From an uncultured virus (IMG/VR IMGVR_UViG_3300045412_000368) (lineage: Duplodnaviria > Heunggongvirae > Uroviricota > Caudoviricetes): a stretch of DNA of 20,000 nt. Positions 16,022-20,000 of the stretch are shown here, one piece after another. The stretch lies in the IMG/VR virus record IMGVR_UViG_3300045412_000368, one strand, 5' to 3'. Position numbers and translations under genes: made by a program. The notes under the pieces are model-generated. The model saw only the letters and a program-made list of their open reading frames with translations, made no database searches and was not told where the DNA came from. The number at the start of each line of letters is the position of its first letter. Positions within the stretch are counted from its first letter, which is position 1.

Positions 16022-19000
16022 TTAAAATATTCTAATTATACTCAATCTACTGCCTGTTGCTGTACCACCATTTATTCTAATTACACTATTCATAAACCAA
16101 ATCAATGTATCATATTCAACAAACTGAATAATATCACTGACACTACCCCGTCGAATACCATTTGTAAGGACTTGACAATATTTAACCTGATTGCTATTAT
16201 TTTTCTTTATCCAAAAGTCCGCAGGAGGAAAGCCACTGCCACCATTAATATCTGTTAAACTAAAATTTAAAGTTACTTGATATGTACCACTTACTGTAAA
16301 TGTAAAAATTCCACTATTATCCATAAATCCAAAACTTGAACCTATTGTGTAACTTGCGCCAGAACTCATGGCTACATCTCCAGATGGATTAATATTTTGA
16401 TCTGATACTTTAATAAATCCCACAGCACTAAAACTTACTGGGTTTACCCATGTAACTCCTGTGCCTGTACTAGATAAAAGTTGCCCTTGTATCCCTACAT
16501 CTCCGCCTACTTGCACAGTGCCAGTTAGAATAGTATTATCAATAACTGGATTTATTAAGGTTTTATTTGTTAAAGTTTGTGTAGCTGCTACACTAGCAAC
16601 TTGACTAGCGTCTGATAAACCTGCTTGTCCGTAAACATAGATATCATCTGCGTGAACTTGATCATTAACTCCAATCCCACCAACAACTTGTAAAGCGCCT
16701 GTTGTTTTTGTTGTACTTGCAGTGTTAGCTGTCACTAAAACTGATCCAGATGTAGCTGTAAGTGTAATTAAACTGGCATTTTTAGCATTTTCTATAGTTA
16801 AATTATCACTATTTGTTGTAATTATTGGATTATTAGCTTGCGTAATTACATCAATATAATCTATTGCACCTGATGTATAATTAGGTCCTACTCTAAATTT
16901 AGCCTGATTCCCTTGCAATACCAAACTATAATCTGTTAATTTAGTTTCAGTTACTCCCAAATTATTAACCCATATAGGCCCATTGACATTAATGGCTTTA
17001 CCTACACCTAAACCGCCCGCAATAACTGCCGCGCCAGTTATTTTACTGCTACTTTCTGTTGAATCTGAAACATCAAATAATTGACTTGCGCTTAAAGTTG
17101 TGAATCCGCCACTTTCTCTAAGGCTTGACCCTATAGGAGTGCTTTGAATTGACCCTGAAGTTAATATTCCTGTGATATCCGTATTACCACCAATATTGAT
17201 ATTTTCAGTTATACCTACTCCACCAGTAATAATTAAAGTACCTGTAGTTGTATTAGAACTTGATACATTTCCTAATAAAGATAATGTACCATCCCCTTTG
17301 AAAATAAACTGATTTACAGCGTTGTTTGTACCTATTGAGGCATATGCTATTTGTATTTGGTTACTTGTATCTGTTCCTGTAGTGACTACTTTATTGACAA
17401 GCCATCCACCCCTATCATCATTGTCCTTAGACCAGCTCGCTCCATCATATACTAAATTAGTAGTCCAACTATATTGATCATTTTGAGTAGTATTAAGTCT
17501 TGAATTATAAGCAGTAGTGACAGTGCTTGTTAATGTTATATTTTTATTGTTACCGGTAAGATTTAGAACAGGATCTTTAACTAATGGCGCTAAAATAATT
17601 TTATTACTAAGAATTTGGCTATTATCAATACCTACTAATGTTGTTGTAGCGTCAGGTAATATAATTTTATGATCGGCACTACTATTAATTACACTCAATC
17701 TCGTTTCAAAATTATTATTAAAAGTACTATCCTCAAAAGTAATTGTAGTTCCTACATTACTTGTAAATATCATAGCTCCCAACACAGTGCCAGCAGTAGT
17801 AGTTACAGCTGGACCGCCCATAGTTTCACTTAAAGTAAATGTATCTCTTCCATTAGTTGCTGTTATGTAATATACACTACCATCTATATTATATCCTGTT
17901 AAGAGTCCTGTACCACTATTTGTACCTAATACCTTTACTGCATCATGAATGTTAAATACAACTTTGGTGAATGTTATAGATCCACTTACTGAACCTGCAG
18001 TTGTATTGACATATGAACCACCTAATGTGTCACTTATGACAAACTCAGTAGTACCATTAGTCGAAATTATATAATATAGTGTACCTGTATTACTATATCC
18101 TATGATAGTACCAGTACCTGAATTGGATCCAGCTATATAAATCCTATCACCTATATTAAAACTATTTGCTGAACACAATATTCTACCTGCTGCACCTATA
18201 ATAACACTACTCAAATCAAATGGATCACATGTAATTACACCATTACTATTAATATCCACACCTTGTAAAATAAAACTATTATCAATAATTGCAGGTTCCT
18301 TAAGTAAAGGTTCGCTCAGAGTCTTTAAAATTGTTGTTTGAATACCATCTAAGGTAAGAACATTTGATAAATCTTGTGTTAAGGCTTGTGGACCACTTGG
18401 TGTAAAGGTAATACTTACTGGATCATCAGTAGTAAATGTTTCATCCCCTACGTCAACTCTTACTACCGTAACTGCTAAATTAAACCACCCTGCATTATCT
18501 GTTACAGTACTTAATGAATATATTTGAAAAAAGTTTGGATCATTTTCTTTTTCTATCTTTATATAACCTCTACGATTATCATTACCATAATCAGTAAGAC
18601 TATTAATAAAACTTGATATGTCGTTACCTAATTTATCGGTTCCACTTATGGCCAGTTGAGTAGTTGTACTCATAGGATCACCAAATGATCTCACAAATTT
18701 TATTTTTCCTAATAAAGGGACTGTATTATTTGTATTATCAAAGTCAATTATATAACGAAACTTAGTAGCATCTATACTGCTGGGAGGAATCCAACTTAAA
18801 GTTCCATTTCCATCAGTTCGTAATATATAATTAGCTGCTCCCCCTATAGGAAATATACTTGTACCAACAACTCCTGTATCTAACCAAAGTAATTTTTTAT
18901 TTGTGTCACCAAAATAAGTTTTTGGTTCAATATTACTTACATGAATACTCTTTGAGATAACTGGACTGCCGTTTAGGATCAGACCATCGTCATCGGTACT

Positions 19001-19042
19001 TAATAAATGTTCTGGGCCTGTCTGATCTAAATTAATTGGCAT
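16022..19042 (-). CDS. Modular tail fiber/virion appendage protein with probable C1q/TNF-like C-terminal domain
   Basis: 1006 aa, Thr/Ser/Gly-rich. Fiber motifs ILRTDGNGTLSW, TQTLTNKTL and GQLLSSTGTGVTW; internal repeats; C-terminal GIFTFTVSGTYQV; AAGGAG SD. Confidence 0.75.
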   Translation of the reverse strand: MPINLDQTGPEHLLSTDDDGLILNGSPVISKSIHVSNIEPKTYFGDTNKKLLWLDTGVVGTSIFPIGGAANYILRTDGNGTLSWIPPSSIDATKFRYIIDFDNTNNTVPLLGKIKFVRSFGDPMSTTTQLAISGTDKLGNDISSFINSLTDYGNDNRRGYIKIEKENDPNFFQIYSLSTVTDNAGWFNLAVTVVRVDVGDETFTTDDPVSITFTPSGPQALTQDLSNVLTLDGIQTTILKTLSEPLLKEPAIIDNSFILQGVDINSNGVITCDPFDLSSVIIGAAGRILCSANSFNIGDRIYIAGSNSGTGTIIGYSNTGTLYYIISTNGTTEFVISDTLGGSYVNTTAGSVSGSITFTKVVFNIHDAVKVLGTNSGTGLLTGYNIDGSVYYITATNGRDTFTLSETMGGPAVTTTAGTVLGAMIFTSNVGTTITFEDSTFNNNFETRLSVINSSADHKIILPDATTTLVGIDNSQILSNKIILAPLVKDPVLNLTGNNKNITLTSTVTTAYNSRLNTTQNDQYSWTTNLVYDGASWSKDNDDRGGWLVNKVVTTGTDTSNQIQIAYASIGTNNAVNQFIFKGDGTLSLLGNVSSSNTTTGTLIITGGVGITENINIGGNTDITGILTSGSIQSTPIGSSLRESGGFTTLSASQLFDVSDSTESSSKITGAAVIAGGLGVGKAINVNGPIWVNNLGVTETKLTDYSLVLQGNQAKFRVGPNYTSGAIDYIDVITQANNPIITTNSDNLTIENAKNASLITLTATSGSVLVTANTASTTKTTGALQVVGGIGVNDQVHADDIYVYGQAGLSDASQVASVAATQTLTNKTLINPVIDNTILTGTVQVGGDVGIQGQLLSSTGTGVTWVNPVSFSAVGFIKVSDQNINPSGDVAMSSGASYTIGSSFGFMDNSGIFTFTVSGTYQVTLNFSLTDINGGSGFPPADFWIKKNNSNQVKYCQVLTNGIRRGSVSDIIQFVEYDTLIWFMNSVIRINGGTATGSRLSIIRIF

Positions 19043-19056
19043 ATTGAATCATCTCC

Positions 19057-20000
19057 TTACATAATTGCTACTTTACTTTGGAAGTCTGCAAAGTCAACGC
19101 TGGTTGCTACAACATTCTTAAAGTCTGTTAAACTTAGCGTTCCAATTGTTCCGTCTGTACCTTGAGAGCCTGTTGCACCTTGAGAGCCTGTTGCACCTTG
19201 TGTACCAGTTGTACCTGTAGCACCTGTTGCACCTTGTGGTCCTGGTAAGCCCTGTAATCCTGTATTACCTATATCACCTGTAGCACCTGTTAACCCTTGG
19301 TTACCTGTATCACCTTTTGTTCCTTGAGTTCCCTGGATGCCTTGTTGTCCTGTCCATCCTTGGAAACCTTGGAAACCTTGGAAACCTTGAAAACCTTGGA
19401 AGCCTTGTACACCTTGAACGCCTTGCACACCCTGTACGCCCTGACCACCTTGTATACCTTGTATACCTTGTACACCCTGTACGCCTTGTACGCCTTGTAT
19501 GCTTTGTACACCTTGTATACCTTGTATACCTTGTACACCCTGTACGCCTTGTACGCCTTGTATGCTTTGTACACCTTGTATACCTTGACCACCTTGTATG
19601 CCTTGTACACCTTGTACGCCTTGTACACCCTGTACGCCTTGTACACCTTGTACACCCTGAACGCCTTGACGACCTTGTACACCTTGTACACCTTGTACAC
19701 CCTGGACGCCTTGTACGCCTTGTACTCCTTGTACACCCTGACCACCTTGTACACCTTGTATACCTTGTACACCTTGTACGCCTTGTATGCTTTGTACACC
19801 TTGTACACCTTGTACACCTTGTACACCCTGTCTACCTTGTACACCTTGTATGCCTTGTACGCCCTGCACACCTTGTACACCTTGTATACCCTGTACTCCT
19901 TGTACCCCTTGTACCCCTTGACCACCTTGTACACCTTGTACACCCTGTACTCCTTGGATACCTTGTATACCTTGACTGGTCATCTGGTTCCAATAAGTTG
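19057..20000 (-). CDS. Collagen-like (Gly-X-Y) protein, probably 5'-truncated by the window edge
   Basis: Long GVQ/GIQ run, then GATG/GTQG triplets and a short helical end. The frame stays open upstream of ATG 19983 (...[10 protein letters not shown]) and no SD is visible, so the true start is probably beyond 20000. Confidence 0.85.
   Translation of the reverse strand, partial: TYWNQMTSQGIQGIQGVQGVQGVQGGQGVQGVQGVQGIQGVQGVQGVQGIQGVQGRQGVQGVQGVQGVQSIQGVQGVQGIQGVQGGQGVQGVQGVQGVQGVQGVQGVQGRQGVQGVQGVQGVQGVQGVQGVQGIQGGQGIQGVQSIQGVQGVQGVQGIQGIQGVQSIQGVQGVQGVQGIQGIQGGQGVQGVQGVQGVQGFQGFQGFQGFQGFQGWTGQQGIQGTQGTKGDTGNQGLTGATGDIGNTGLQGLPGPQGATGATGTTGTQGATGSQGATGSQGTDGTIGTLSLTDFKNVVATSVDFADFQSKVAIM
19358..19975. 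repeat. 9-bp coding minisatellite (consensus CCTTGTACA on + strand) with a 63-bp higher-order duplication
   Basis: Tandem 9-mers encode G-V/I/F-Q; 19446..19587 is a perfect 63-bp-period duplication (about 2.2 copies). Confidence 0.95.

Noticed and set aside
6558..16258. Small nested or antisense ORFs (6558, 7368, 8850, 9350, 11583, 11982, 12797, 13253, 16013)
   Set aside because: All lie inside or almost entirely overlap well-supported genes and lack expression signals or motifs.
19290..19943. 217-aa YKV/YKA-repeat ORF in an alternative frame
   Set aside because: Shadow of the 9-bp repeat, which happens to lack stops in that frame; no SD or promoter, and base variation is mostly synonymous in the Gly-X-Gln frame.
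19358..19975. Possible CRISPR array or diversity-generating repeat
   Set aside because: Contiguous 9-mers with no unique spacers; no cas or reverse transcriptase gene in the window.
1..20000. Stop-codon reassignment as in some jumbo phages
   Set aside because: Genes are full length in the standard code, and TAA, TGA and TAG all end genes at tight junctions.

Overview
AT-rich segment of a large T4-like (jumbo-type) myophage genome covering virion morphogenesis, read in the standard genetic code. Minus strand, in transcription order from 9932: neck gp13, dNMP kinase, very large tail sheath gp18, tail tube gp19, a tube-fold baseplate protein, a hypothetical, head-completion nuclease gp4, a probable small terminase, two hypotheticals and the large terminase gp17. 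The terminase runs off the left edge and is missing from the ORF track. A plus-strand island (neck gp14, extended tail terminator gp15, Nudix hydrolase) diverges from gp13 across a 44-bp spacer holding two back-to-back late-promoter motifs. On the right, minus strand: a collagen-like (Gly-X-Gln)n protein open at the window edge, a 1006-aa modular fiber, and a three-gene glycan cassette (DUF4422/GT111-like, TPR plus FkbM-like methyltransferase, GT2-like). Best leads: a possible phage-encoded virion glycosylation and methylation system, apparently leaderless late genes, a hairpin covering the cassette's first start codon, and a T4-type capsid-targeting peptide. All calls come from motif recognition by eye; no searches were run.
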